Source: Alphaproteobacteria bacterium
Lineage (GTDB): Bacteria > Pseudomonadota > Alphaproteobacteria > UBA8366
Assembly (NCBI GenBank): GCA_965228975.1
Contig: OZ245851.1
Span: 53,940 to 117,939 of the forward strand
Direction: 5' to 3'
DNA length: 64,000 nucleotides
The stretch's first letter is position 1. Each line of letters begins with the position of its first letter. Made by a program: the position numbers and the translations under genes. The notes beneath the pieces were generated by a model. That model was given only the letters and a program-made list of their open reading frames with translations, did not search any database and had not been told where the DNA came from. Below are positions 26,238 to 36,648 of this stretch, piece by piece.

Positions 26238-27149
26238 ATGGCCGTTGCAGACTCCGCTAGCAAGCTTCCCAGCGCCGAATCCATCCTGGAACCGTCGCCG
26301 GCAGCCCTATTGCGCAAGCGTATGTTCGGGCATGCCGGCCTTACGATCGGGGGCGGGTTTCTATTGTTCATTTTCCTGGTAGCCATCTTCGCGCCGGTGT
26401 TGTCGCCGCATGATCCGCTGGCTCAGGATCTCACCAATCGGTACGTTCCGCCGTTCTGGGACGCGAAGGGGTCGTGGGAGCATCCGCTGGGCACCGACAA
26501 GTTCGGCCGCGACTACCTTTCGCGCATCATGTATGGCGCGCGCATCTCGCTGCTCATCGGATTCGCGGCGATGGCGATTTCCGGTGTCATCGGTACGGCG
26601 ATGGGCGTGGCGGCGGGCTATTTCGGTGGACGCGTCGATCTGATCATCACCTTCCTGATAACCACGCGGCTCGCCATGCCGGTGGTGCTGATTGCGTTGG
26701 CGGTGATCGCGATCATCGGCAGTTCGCTGACCATCGTCATTACCGTGCTGGGCCTGCTGATCTGGGATCGTTTCGCCGTGGTGATGCGAAGTACCACCCA
26801 ACAAGTGCGGAACCTGGATTATGTCGCGGCGGCGGAAGCGGCCGGCTGTTCGACGCTGCGAATTCTGATGACCGAGATCATGCCCAATGTGGCGAACGCG
26901 CTGATCGTGGTCGCGACGCTGGAGGTCGCCCACGCGATCCTGCTCGAAGCGGCGCTGTCCTTCCTGGGCCTCGGCGTGCAGCCGCCTGACCCGTCCTGGG
27001 GCTTGATGGTTTCCGAAGGGAAGGGCGACATGTATTTCAAACCCTGGGTCATCGCCATTCCCGGGACCGCCTTGTTCCTGCTCGTGCTCAGCATCAATCT
27101 GTTGGGCGACGGCATTCGCGACGTCACCGCCCCGGAGAATCGCAATTGA
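26238..27149 (+). CDS. ABC transporter permease (DppC-like)
   Basis: 303 aa with the HPLGTDKFGRDYLSRIMYGARISL motif typical of DppC/OppC. Confidence 0.9.
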   Translation: MAVADSASKLPSAESILEPSPAALLRKRMFGHAGLTIGGGFLLFIFLVAIFAPVLSPHDPLAQDLTNRYVPPFWDAKGSWEHPLGTDKFGRDYLSRIMYGARISLLIGFAAMAISGVIGTAMGVAAGYFGGRVDLIITFLITTRLAMPVVLIALAVIAIIGSSLTIVITVLGLLIWDRFAVVMRSTTQQVRNLDYVAAAEAAGCSTLRILMTEIMPNVANALIVVATLEVAHAILLEAALSFLGLGVQPPDPSWGLMVSEGKGDMYFKPWVIAIPGTALFLLVLSINLLGDGIRDVTAPENRN

Positions 27150-28174
27150 GCGCGTTGCTGGAAGTCGACAACCTCGCCATTGATATCCCGCTTGCCGGCG
27201 GCATGTTGCATCCGGTCCGCGGCATCAGTTTCGACGTCAACCGTGGCGAGACGCTTTGTATCGTGGGTGAGTCCGGTTGCGGCAAGTCGCTGACCTCGCT
27301 TGCGATCATGGGGCTGTTGCCGTCCACCGCGGACCGCAAGGCCGGCAAGCTGCAGCTTCTCGACTACGATCTGCAGGCGTTGTCGGAAACGGAGATGTCC
27401 GACATTCGCGGCGACCGGATGGCGATGATCTTCCAGGACCCGATGACCTGCCTGAACCCGTCCTACACCATCGGCAACCAGCTCGAGGAGGCGTTGCTGC
27501 GGCATCGTAACGTGCCGCGTAAGGAGGCGCGCGACCGGGCGGTTTACCTATTGGAAAAGGTCGGCATCACCGCGGCGGACAGCCGGTTGCGGCAGTATCC
27601 GCATCAACTGTCCGGCGGGTTGCGCCAGCGCGTGATGATCGCCATGGCGTTGATGTGCGAACCCGATCTGCTGATCGCGGACGAGCCGACCACCGCCTTG
27701 GACGTGACCATCCAGGCGCAGATCCTGTTGCTGATCCGGCAAATCCAGAAAGAGTTCAACATCGGCGTCATCCTCATCACGCATGATCTGGGCGTCGTCG
27801 CGCGGGTGGCCGACCGCGTTGCCGTCATGTATGCGGGGCAGATCGTCGAGGAAGGCACGGCCCAGGAAGTCTTCAAGAAGCCGCTTCATCCCTATACGCA
27901 GGGGCTGCTCGACTGTATCCCGATACCAGGCAAGACGGCGGCGGGCGAAGATCTGGGCTCGATCCCGGGCATCGTGCCGACCCTGCTGGGCGAGCTGAGC
28001 GGCTGCACCTTCCGCGAGCGGTGCCGCTACGCTCATGACGGATGCAGCGCCGACATCGCATTACGCGAACTCAGCGCCGCGCGCGGTTTCCGCTGCAACC
28101 TGTCGGTCGAAACCGCCGCCGCCAATCAGCCGGTGGCGGTGCGCACGTCCGACAATAGTGTCGAGGTGGCGTGA
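27146..28174 (+). CDS. ABC transporter ATP-binding protein (DppD-like)
   Basis: Walker A GESGCGKS, signature LSGGLRQR, Walker [13 protein letters not shown]. 4-nt overlap with the upstream permease gene. Confidence 0.9.
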   Translation: MSALLEVDNLAIDIPLAGGMLHPVRGISFDVNRGETLCIVGESGCGKSLTSLAIMGLLPSTADRKAGKLQLLDYDLQALSETEMSDIRGDRMAMIFQDPMTCLNPSYTIGNQLEEALLRHRNVPRKEARDRAVYLLEKVGITAADSRLRQYPHQLSGGLRQRVMIAMALMCEPDLLIADEPTTALDVTIQAQILLLIRQIQKEFNIGVILITHDLGVVARVADRVAVMYAGQIVEEGTAQEVFKKPLHPYTQGLLDCIPIPGKTAAGEDLGSIPGIVPTLLGELSGCTFRERCRYAHDGCSADIALRELSAARGFRCNLSVETAAANQPVAVRTSDNSVEVA

Positions 28175-29151
28175 TGGAACCGCCGGTCCTGCAGGCCCAA
28201 GACGTCAGCAAGATCTTTACCGTCAAGACCGGCGTGTTCGCACCGAAGCAGCCGTTGCGTGCGGTCAACGCGGTGTCGCTGTCGGTCGAACGCGGATCCG
28301 TGCTCGGGCTGGTCGGCGAGTCGGGTTGTGGCAAGACGACCATGGCCCGCATGTTGCTGGGTCTCGAAAAGCCGACGATGGGCGACATCCTGGTCGATGG
28401 TGAACCGCTATCCGGCCTCGACCGTATCGCAGTGGCCCGGCGCGTTCAGCCGATCTTTCAGGACCCGTATTCGTCGCTCAACCCGCGGAAGTCGATCGGC
28501 TCGATCATCACCTTGCCGCTGCGCGTGCATAAGGTCGGCGATTCGACCGAATGGAAGCGCAAGGGCGAGGAGATCATGGAACTGGTCGGCCTGCCGCGCA
28601 AATTGTTCAACAACTACCCAAACCAGCTTTCCGGCGGTCAGCGTCAGCGCGTGGCGATCGCCCGCGCGCTTATCATGAAGCCCGAAGTGATCATTTGCGA
28701 CGAACCGACCTCGGCGCTCGACGTATCGGTTCAGGCGCAAATCCTCAACCTGCTGCAGCAGCTTCGCAGGGAGCTGGGCCTCACCTACATCGTCATCAGC
28801 CACAATCTGGCGGTGGTCGAACATATCGCGACCCGGGTTGCGGTCATGTATCTCGGCCGCATTGTCGAGGAAGCCGATACGAAAACGCTCTTCCGTGCGC
28901 CGAAACATCCGTATACAAAAGCGCTTCTGGGATCGGTTTTGACGCCGGATCCCGATCTCGACGTGCCGGATACGCATCTTGGTGCTACCTTCCCTAATCC
29001 GGTGGACCCTCCGCCGGGCTGTGCTTTTCATCCCCGGTGTGTCGACGCCATGCCGACATGCAGCAAGACCCAGCCGGAGCCGCTCGAAATAGACGGCGCC
29101 TGCGTTGAATGTCACCTGTTTTCCGATGCTGCGTTGAAGCAGGCGTCCTGA
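28171..29151 (+). CDS. ABC transporter ATP-binding protein (DppF-like)
   Basis: Walker A GESGCGKTT, signature LSGGQRQR, Walker B VIICDEPTSALD. 4-nt overlap with the upstream gene. Confidence 0.9.
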   Translation: MMEPPVLQAQDVSKIFTVKTGVFAPKQPLRAVNAVSLSVERGSVLGLVGESGCGKTTMARMLLGLEKPTMGDILVDGEPLSGLDRIAVARRVQPIFQDPYSSLNPRKSIGSIITLPLRVHKVGDSTEWKRKGEEIMELVGLPRKLFNNYPNQLSGGQRQRVAIARALIMKPEVIICDEPTSALDVSVQAQILNLLQQLRRELGLTYIVISHNLAVVEHIATRVAVMYLGRIVEEADTKTLFRAPKHPYTKALLGSVLTPDPDLDVPDTHLGATFPNPVDPPPGCAFHPRCVDAMPTCSKTQPEPLEIDGACVECHLFSDAALKQAS

Positions 29152-29194
29152 CGCGCCAAAATCCGTTTTGTCGGTCGAACAATCAGCAGGAGCG

Positions 29195-30622
29195 ATGACG
29201 ATGGACGTCACCAAAATTCTGGGCGAATGGGCTGCGGAATCACCGGAAACCACGTCAGAGATCGCACGGCAGCGTGCCCGGGACGCAATTCTCGATGTGG
29301 TTGCCTGCATGGTGGCCGGCGCCGGCGACGAAGGATCGGCGCGGGTGCGTGCGACGATCGCGCCGTATGGCGGCGGGCGTTGCACGGTGTTTGGTTCGAG
29401 CGCGAAGGCGGCGGCGCCGTGGGCGGCGCTGGCCAACGGCATGGCGGCGCATGCGCTGGATTTCGACGATAACTACCTGCCGGGGCTGACCCATGCGAGC
29501 GCGGTGCTCATTCCGGCCCTGCTGCCGCTGGCGGAAGAGATCGACGCAACCGGCAAGCAATTGATCGACGCTTACATCGTCGGCCTGGAAATGCACGCCG
29601 CCATCGGGCGCGGCGTCAACCGGGCGCATTACGACATGGGCTGGCACGGCACCTCGACGGTCGGCTGTATCGGCACCGCCGCGGCCTGCGGCCGTCTCCT
29701 CGGGCTGGGCCGGGACGCGATGGTCAACGCGATCAGCCTGGGCGTCAGCATGGCGTCGGGGCCGAAGGTCCAGTTCGGCACGATGGGCAAACCGTATCAC
29801 GCGGGCATGGCGGCCAAAAACGCGGTGCTGGCGGCGCAACTCGCGGCGAACGGATTCCAGGCCCGCGAGGTGGCGCTCGAAGGCAAGCTCGGGTTCCGCG
29901 ATTTGTATGCCGGGGCGGATGAGAACGCCTGGGAGCATTTGAAGAAGCCGCTCGGCGACCCGCTGGCCATCGAGGAATTCGGTTTGGCGCCGAAACTCTA
30001 TCCGTGTTGCGGATCGACGCACCGGGTGCTCGATGTCGTCCTGGCGCTCCGCGACGAGCATGGCTTCGGCGCCGACGAGGTGGCGAAGGTCGATACCCTG
30101 GTCGGTTTCGGCAACAAGCGAAACCTGATGTACGACAATCCGCAGCAGGAGATGGAGGCGCGCTTCTCCATGAACTACTGCATCGCGCTGGCCTTGAAGT
30201 TCGGCCGCCTGTCGCTGTCCGACTTTACGCCGGATGCGGTGCAGCGGCCCGAGGTGCGCGAGTTGATGCCGCTGGTCACGATGGATGCCTACGACAAGGA
30301 TGCCGAAGGCGACGATCCGACCTTCCGGCTGCCGCATGTCGTCAAGATCGAACTCAAGGACGGCCGGGTGGTCGAGCAAGAGTCGAAATGGGCGCGCGGC
30401 ACGATCCACAATCCGTTCGACGAGGCCGATCTTTCGGCGAAGTTCCGCGATTGCTGCGAAGGGTTCCTTGCGCCGGACGACTACGACGCGGCGGAACGTA
30501 TCCTGCTCGATCTGGACTCGTTGGGTTCGGCGCGCGGGTTGACCCAGCATTTGATCTTCGAGGCGGGATCGGATCACGGCGAACGGTTCGCCGACCGGTA
30601 TGACACGATGGCGGCCGAGTAG
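29195..30622 (+). CDS. MmgE/PrpD family protein
   Basis: PrpD-family pattern (AILDVVACMVAGA..., GWHGTSTVGCIGTAAA...). AGCAGGAG RBS before ATG 29195. Confidence 0.85.
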   Translation: MTMDVTKILGEWAAESPETTSEIARQRARDAILDVVACMVAGAGDEGSARVRATIAPYGGGRCTVFGSSAKAAAPWAALANGMAAHALDFDDNYLPGLTHASAVLIPALLPLAEEIDATGKQLIDAYIVGLEMHAAIGRGVNRAHYDMGWHGTSTVGCIGTAAACGRLLGLGRDAMVNAISLGVSMASGPKVQFGTMGKPYHAGMAAKNAVLAAQLAANGFQAREVALEGKLGFRDLYAGADENAWEHLKKPLGDPLAIEEFGLAPKLYPCCGSTHRVLDVVLALRDEHGFGADEVAKVDTLVGFGNKRNLMYDNPQQEMEARFSMNYCIALALKFGRLSLSDFTPDAVQRPEVRELMPLVTMDAYDKDAEGDDPTFRLPHVVKIELKDGRVVEQESKWARGTIHNPFDEADLSAKFRDCCEGFLAPDDYDAAERILLDLDSLGSARGLTQHLIFEAGSDHGERFADRYDTMAAE

Positions 30623-30646
30623 CGCCGCACAGGGGAGTAGACGACG

Positions 30647-32047
30647 ATGACGCGTGAAGCCGCCGTTGAAACGGCGCTGACGTATTACGACGACGGCAAG
30701 TATTTCGAGGAGCTTCGCCGCCGGGTGGCGATTCCGACCGAATGTCAGGATCCGAAACAGGTCCCCGAACTCTATCGGTATCTTCGGGACGAGATGCAGC
30801 CCGCCTTCGAGGCGATGGGCTACAACTGCCGCATCTTCGATAACCCGATCCCGGGGCAAGGCCCGTTTTTCCTGGCGCATCGCTTCGAGAGTGAAAGCTT
30901 GCCGACGATCCTCGGCTACGGTCATGGCGATGTGGTTTTGGGGCAGGAAGGTCAATGGCTCGACGGATTGTCCCCCTGGGTGATGACCGAGCGGGGCGAC
31001 AAGATTTATGGTCGCGGTATCGCCGACAACAAGGGCCAGCACACGCTGCACATGAACGCACTGGAAGCGATCATCGAGACGCGGGGCAAGCTCGGCTTCA
31101 ATCACAAATTCCTGGTCGAGACCGGCGAGGAGAACGGGTCGAAAGGGCTCGACGAGTTCGTCGCGGCGAACAAGGAAGCGTTGGCGGCGGATGTGTTTCT
31201 TGCGTCCGACGGACCGCGCGTCGATATGGACAGCCCGAACCTGGTCCTCGGCAACCGCGGCATCTTCGGCTTCGAACTGTCCTGCGAGTTGCGCGAGGGC
31301 GGGCATCACTCGGGCAACTGGGGCGGGCTGCTGGCCAACCCGGCGATCATCCTGTCCCATGCGATTGCCAGCCTGATTAACGCCAAGGGCAAGATTCTCG
31401 CGCCGGACCTGCTGCCTGCGCCGATCCCCAATTCGGTGCGGGTCGCGCTCAGGGACGTCAAACGCAACGGCGGCGGCGAAGCGCCGGAGATCGATGAAGA
31501 CTGGGGCGAACCGGGGCTGACCACGCCGGAACAGGTCTATGGTTGGAACAGCTTGGATATCCTGGCGATGAAGACGGGTAATCCGGACAACCCGGTCAAC
31601 GCCATTCCGCCGAAGGCCTGGGCGCTGTGCCAGATTCGCTATGTGGTCGGGTCCAAGGACGACGAGTTTATGGACGCCATCCGCAAGCATCTCGACGCGA
31701 ACGGGTTCGACATGGTCGAGATCCGAAAGCCGTCGGGCAGCAATACGCCCGAATTCAAGGCGGCACGGACCGACCCGGACAATCCCTGGGCGCGCTGGGC
31801 GGCGCAGGCGTTGGAGAAGGGTTGGGGCAGCAAGGTCGCCGTCCTACCGAATTCCGGCGGGTCGATCTGCAATCACACCTTCCAGAGTCATCTCGGCACG
31901 CCGACGATTTGGATACCGCTGTCCTACTCGGCCTGCTCGCAGCACGCGCCGAACGAACACATCCTCAAGAGTCTGACTCGGCAGGGCATGGAACTGGTGA
32001 CCAGTGTGTATTGGGATCTCGGCGAGAATGCGCCCGCCAAATCCTAA
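30647..32047 (+). CDS. M20 family dipeptidase (CNDP/PepV-like)
   Basis: YGHGDV, YGRGIADNKGQ, EENGS and HHSGNWGG motifs. Confidence 0.85.
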   Translation: MTREAAVETALTYYDDGKYFEELRRRVAIPTECQDPKQVPELYRYLRDEMQPAFEAMGYNCRIFDNPIPGQGPFFLAHRFESESLPTILGYGHGDVVLGQEGQWLDGLSPWVMTERGDKIYGRGIADNKGQHTLHMNALEAIIETRGKLGFNHKFLVETGEENGSKGLDEFVAANKEALAADVFLASDGPRVDMDSPNLVLGNRGIFGFELSCELREGGHHSGNWGGLLANPAIILSHAIASLINAKGKILAPDLLPAPIPNSVRVALRDVKRNGGGEAPEIDEDWGEPGLTTPEQVYGWNSLDILAMKTGNPDNPVNAIPPKAWALCQIRYVVGSKDDEFMDAIRKHLDANGFDMVEIRKPSGSNTPEFKAARTDPDNPWARWAAQALEKGWGSKVAVLPNSGGSICNHTFQSHLGTPTIWIPLSYSACSQHAPNEHILKSLTRQGMELVTSVYWDLGENAPAKS

Positions 32048-32089
32048 GTCGCGTGACGTTACCAACATCGACCGACAAGCGAGAGTGCA

Positions 32090-33493
32090 ATGAACAGGGA
32101 AGATGCCGTCGCCGCGGCGACCGCCTATTTCGACCAGGGTGACTTCGAGGCCGAACTGGGCCGGCGCGTGGCGATCAAGTCGGAAAGCCAAAACCCGGAC
32201 GCCGGGGAGGAGATCGACCGCTACCTCTCCGCCGAAATGGAACCGTCGCTGAAAGCGTTGGGATTCACCTGCCAAATTCTGCAAAACCCCATGGAGGGCG
32301 GCTGGCCGATGCTGGTGGCCGAACGGATCGAGGACCCGTCGTTGCCGACGCTGCTGACTTACGGTCATGGCGACGTCGTGTTGGGGCTGCCGGAGGAATG
32401 GCGTGAAGGTCTCGACCCTTGGGAGTTGAAACGCGAGGGCGACCGCCTCTACGGGCGCGGCACCGCCGACAATAAGGGTCAGCACACGATCAATATGGCG
32501 GCGTTGCGGGCGGTGTTGGAGACGCGCGGCAAACTGGGGTTCAATTGCCGTTATCTGATCGAGATGGGCGAGGAAACCGGATCGCCCGGCCTCGGCGAGT
32601 TCTGCCAAAAGCACAAGGAACTGCTGGAGGCCGATGTGTTGATCGCGTCGGACGGTCCGCGATCCAGCTTCGAGCGGCCGACGCTGTTCCTAGGGGCGCG
32701 CGGCGGCTTCAACTTCAACATGGACGTGGACCTGCGCGAGGGCGGCCATCATTCCGGGAACTGGGGCGGCTTGCTGGCCAACCCGGCCGTGATCCTGTTG
32801 AACGCGATCGCGACGATCACGACGGCGAAGGGAAAGATCCTGATTCCCGATCTGCTGCCGCCCGGCATTCCGGACTCGGTGAAACGCGCCCTTGAGGATA
32901 TCGAGCATGACGGCGGCGACGACGCGCCGGAGATCGATCCCGACTGGGGCGAACCCGGCCTGAGCACGGCGGAACAGGTGCATGCCTGGAACAGCTTCGA
33001 GGTGTTGGCGTTCACAACCGGCAACCCCGACCGTCCGGTCAACGCGGTGCCGCCGAAAGCGCGGGCGACCTGCCAGATTCGCTTTACCGTCGGCGTCGAT
33101 CCCGCGACCTTCCTGGACACTCTGCGCAAACATCTGGACGACAACGGGTTCCCGATGATCGAACTCAGCATGGCGCGGAAGAACTACGCCAACGCGACCC
33201 GGCTCGACCCCGACCATCCGTGGGTGCGGTTCTGCGAATCGTCGTTGACGCGCACGACCAACAAGAAGACCGCGGTGCTGCCGAGCCTCGGCGGCACCTT
33301 ACCGAACGACGTCTTCGCCGATGGATTGGAACTGCCCACGGTCTGGGTGCCGCATTCCTATACCGGTTGCTGCCAGCATGCACCCGACGAGCATTTGCTG
33401 GTGCCGGTGGCGCGCGAGGCGCTGCGCCTGATGGCCGGGTTGTTCTGGGACCTGGGCGACCCTGACATCACCGACAAACCACAGAAGGCGTAA
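32090..33493 (+). CDS. M20 family dipeptidase, tandem paralog
   Basis: Colinear with the previous gene (YGHGDVVLG, YGRGTADNKGQ, EETGS, HHSGNWGG). I estimate roughly 55-60% identity by eye. Confidence 0.85.
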   Translation: MNREDAVAAATAYFDQGDFEAELGRRVAIKSESQNPDAGEEIDRYLSAEMEPSLKALGFTCQILQNPMEGGWPMLVAERIEDPSLPTLLTYGHGDVVLGLPEEWREGLDPWELKREGDRLYGRGTADNKGQHTINMAALRAVLETRGKLGFNCRYLIEMGEETGSPGLGEFCQKHKELLEADVLIASDGPRSSFERPTLFLGARGGFNFNMDVDLREGGHHSGNWGGLLANPAVILLNAIATITTAKGKILIPDLLPPGIPDSVKRALEDIEHDGGDDAPEIDPDWGEPGLSTAEQVHAWNSFEVLAFTTGNPDRPVNAVPPKARATCQIRFTVGVDPATFLDTLRKHLDDNGFPMIELSMARKNYANATRLDPDHPWVRFCESSLTRTTNKKTAVLPSLGGTLPNDVFADGLELPTVWVPHSYTGCCQHAPDEHLLVPVAREALRLMAGLFWDLGDPDITDKPQKA

Positions 33494-33497
33494 CGCC

Positions 33498-35000
33498 ATG
33501 GCGCGGATCGCGGTCGGTGGGATGCAGCATGAGACCAACACCTTCATGCCGACGCCGACCGACTACGCGTATTTCTGTCTGCATCGCGACCGGCCGCCGC
33601 TCGTGCGCGGGGCCGACGTGATGAAATGGCTCGACGGCGGCAGTTTCGGGCTGTCTGGCTTTCTGACTGAAATGGCGGGCCGGCACGATCTGGTGCCGCT
33701 GGTGTGGGCCGGCGGAGGCGCCGGCGGCATGGTCACCGAGGACGCCTTCGAACGGATCAGCGGCGAGTTGATCGCCGCCCTGTCGCAGTCATTGCCGGTC
33801 GATGCGGTGTACCTGGATCAGCATGGCGCGATGGTGACCGCCGGATACCAGGACGCGGACGGCGAGTTGTTGCGGCGCGTGCGCGCGTGCGTCGGCCCCG
33901 ATGTGCCGATCGTCGCCAGCCTCGATTACCACGCCAATATCTCACCCGAGATGGTGGCGCACGCGGATGCGCTGGTCGCCTACCGGACCTATCCGCATGT
34001 GGATCGGCGAGAGACTGGGGCGCGCGCCGCGGCGGCCATCGAGTTGATGCTGGACCGAGGCCGCCCCGCCGGGCGGGCCTTTCGCAGCTTAGGGTTCGTC
34101 GTGCCGTCGCATCAGCAGCCGACCGCGATGGAGCCGACCAAGAGCTTCGTCGACGCGTGCATCGCCGGGGAAACCGGCGACGTCTTCAACCTGTCCTATC
34201 TCGGCGGGTTCCGCTTGTCCGACATCCATCATTGCGGCGTATCGGTGGTTGCCAGCGCGTGGACACAGGCGGCGGCGGATGCTGCGGTGGATGTCGTCGC
34301 CGAGGAGATTGTCCGGCGCGAGGCCGAATTCGACGAACCGATGCTGGAACCGGACGACTGCGCGCAACACGCCATGGCGATCGCCGCGGCGGCATCAAAG
34401 CCGGTGTTGATCTGCGACCCGCAGGATAATCCCGGCGGCGGCGGCAGCGGCGACACGACGGGCATGTTGGCGGCCTTGGTCCGGAACGGGGCGAAGGACG
34501 CGGTCGTCGGCACGCTGCATGACGCGGAGGCGGCGCACGCGGCGCACGCGGCCGGCATCGGCGCGGTGCTCGCCATAGATCTGGGAGGCAAGGCGGATTT
34601 GCCGGACAACGATCCTTTTCGCGGCGAGTTCACCGTGCTGGCGCTCGGCGACGGCAGGATGCGGACGACCGGGCCGGTGGTCGGCGGACGGGACATCGAT
34701 ATCGGTGCGACGGCCTTGCTGGGTATCGGCGGCGTGAAGGTACTGGTGACGGAGAAACGGGTGCAGGCCTATGATCAATCCTTGTTCCGGCATGTCGGCG
34801 TCGAGCCCAAGGATCAGAAAATCCTGGGATTGAAGAGCGCGGTGCATTTTCGCGGCGATTTCGGACCGCTTGCCGAAAAGGTCCTGGTGATAAAGGCGCC
34901 TGGCGGTTGCCCGGCCGATCCACGCGACCTTCCCTACAAGAACCTGAAACGGGGCACCCGGCTCGGCCCGAAGGGGCCGCCGTTTCTACCGAACCGGTAA
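33498..35000 (+). CDS. M81 family metallopeptidase (MlrC-like)
   Basis: The N-terminus MARIAVGGMQHETNTF is characteristic of MlrC/DUF1485 proteins. 500 aa. Confidence 0.8.
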   Translation: MARIAVGGMQHETNTFMPTPTDYAYFCLHRDRPPLVRGADVMKWLDGGSFGLSGFLTEMAGRHDLVPLVWAGGGAGGMVTEDAFERISGELIAALSQSLPVDAVYLDQHGAMVTAGYQDADGELLRRVRACVGPDVPIVASLDYHANISPEMVAHADALVAYRTYPHVDRRETGARAAAAIELMLDRGRPAGRAFRSLGFVVPSHQQPTAMEPTKSFVDACIAGETGDVFNLSYLGGFRLSDIHHCGVSVVASAWTQAAADAAVDVVAEEIVRREAEFDEPMLEPDDCAQHAMAIAAAASKPVLICDPQDNPGGGGSGDTTGMLAALVRNGAKDAVVGTLHDAEAAHAAHAAGIGAVLAIDLGGKADLPDNDPFRGEFTVLALGDGRMRTTGPVVGGRDIDIGATALLGIGGVKVLVTEKRVQAYDQSLFRHVGVEPKDQKILGLKSAVHFRGDFGPLAEKVLVIKAPGGCPADPRDLPYKNLKRGTRLGPKGPPFLPNR

Positions 35001-35142
35001 CGCGCGAATTTGACGCACCGGGGATTGGCAAAACCGTCCAAGGATTGCCATATTCTCTGCATATAGGGGCACTACCATTGAACTCGCCCATCGTTGATCC
35101 GGCGATGAACAGTCGGACGGGGTTTGGCGGAGTGGAGGTATT

Positions 35143-36633
35143 ATGAAATACGACCGCAGGCATTTTTTGGCCGGCGCCATGGCGAGCACGGCTCTAATCG
35201 GATTATCCGCATGCACGACCGTCAATCAGGCCACCGGCCGGTCCAGCTTTACGGGACTGTATTCCGTCGAGGACGACATCAAGCTCGGCCGCCAGGAACA
35301 CCCGAAACTCGTCGAACAATTTGGCGGTGAATACGAGAATCCGCGGCTTCAGCGCTATGTCGCCGATACCGGCAAGAAGCTGGCGCGCGGCACCGAGTAC
35401 CAGCAATTTCCCTACCAGTTCACCTTGCTCAACACGCCGATCGTGAATGCATTCGCCTTGCCGGGCGGGTATGTCTACGTGTCGCGCGGATTGTTGGCGC
35501 TTGCCAGCAACGAGGCGGAAATGGCCGGCGTCCTGGCGCATGAACTGGGCCATGTGAATGCGCGGCATTCCGCGGAACGGATCAGCGCGGCGCAGATGGC
35601 GCAACTCGGCGTGTTGTTGGGCGCGGTCGGCGGGTCGGCGCTTGGTCTCGACCCGGGCATCGCACAGATCGGCCAACAGATCGCGATGCTGTCGATTCAG
35701 AGCTATTCCCGCAAACAGGAATTCGAGGCCGACACGCTGGGCGTACGCTACTTGAGCCGGGCCGGATACGAGCCGGATGCGATGGTGACCTTTCTTAGCA
35801 CCTTGCGGGAACAAAGCATCGTCGACGCCAAGATGCGCGGCCTGCCACCGGGAAGCGTGGACCAATTCAACATGATGTCGACGCATCCCCGCACCAAGGA
35901 TCGCGTCGAGCAGGCGATCAAGGCCGCCGCCGTTGCCCGGCCCAAAAACCCGCGTATCGGCCGCGATACCTATCTCGCCAAGATCGACGGCATGTTGTTC
36001 GGCGACGATCCGAGTCAGGGTTACGTCAAAGGCCGTTTGTTCCAGCATCCTGAACTGCGGTTTCAGTTCCAGGTGCCGGAAGGCTTCCGCCTGATGAACG
36101 GCCGCGACCAGGTCGTTGCGCAGAACCAAAGCGGGGCGGCGATCATTTTCGACACCGGCAGGATCCAGCGCAGCCGGGATATGGCTTCGTATCTGCAGAA
36201 CGAGTGGACGCCGAAAACGCCGCTCAGGGATGTCGAGCGCATCACCATCAACGGTCAGGAGGCCGCGACCGGCTGGGTGCGCGGGCAGGACAAGCGGGGC
36301 GGCATGGTCGACCTGCGCGGCGTCGCCATCCGGCGCAACGCCCAGTCGGTGTATCGCATGCTGTTCGTTAACCCGGCGAAAGATTCGGCCCGTTTGGCGC
36401 AAGGATACAAGGAGACGACGTACAGTTTCCGGCGGTTGAGCCAGGCGGAAGCGAGCAAGATCAAGCCGCTTCGTCTGCTGCTGATACCCGCGAACAAGTC
36501 GGATTCGATCGGCGGGCTGTCGAAGACCTTGCCTTACGGCAAGTACAACGAAAGCTGGTTCCGCCTGCTCAACGATTTGAGGCCGAACGACGCGCTGCCG
36601 CGCAATCGCCGCTTGAAGGTGGTCGCGGCCTGA
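35143..36633 (+). CDS. M48 family metalloprotease, lipoprotein
   Basis: HEXXH motif (LAHELGHV). Lipobox LIGLSAC. GGAGG RBS. Confidence 0.85.
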   Translation: MKYDRRHFLAGAMASTALIGLSACTTVNQATGRSSFTGLYSVEDDIKLGRQEHPKLVEQFGGEYENPRLQRYVADTGKKLARGTEYQQFPYQFTLLNTPIVNAFALPGGYVYVSRGLLALASNEAEMAGVLAHELGHVNARHSAERISAAQMAQLGVLLGAVGGSALGLDPGIAQIGQQIAMLSIQSYSRKQEFEADTLGVRYLSRAGYEPDAMVTFLSTLREQSIVDAKMRGLPPGSVDQFNMMSTHPRTKDRVEQAIKAAAVARPKNPRIGRDTYLAKIDGMLFGDDPSQGYVKGRLFQHPELRFQFQVPEGFRLMNGRDQVVAQNQSGAAIIFDTGRIQRSRDMASYLQNEWTPKTPLRDVERITINGQEAATGWVRGQDKRGGMVDLRGVAIRRNAQSVYRMLFVNPAKDSARLAQGYKETTYSFRRLSQAEASKIKPLRLLLIPANKSDSIGGLSKTLPYGKYNESWFRLLNDLRPNDALPRNRRLKVVAA

Positions 36634-36648
36634 CCGGGCGTGATCCGT

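Noticed and set aside
29255-31690. 811-aa minus-strand ORF, the longest in the track.
   Set aside because: It runs antisense through the well-supported PrpD-family and M20 genes. The translation is Arg/Ala/Gly/Pro/His-rich with no recognisable domain. This is the typical shadow ORF of high-GC DNA.
35021-35060. TGGCA...TGCCA inverted motif upstream of the M48 gene, considered as a sigma-54 promoter.
   Set aside because: The spacing does not fit the GG-N10-GC (-24/-12) consensus, and no enhancer-binding protein gene is nearby. It was left unannotated.
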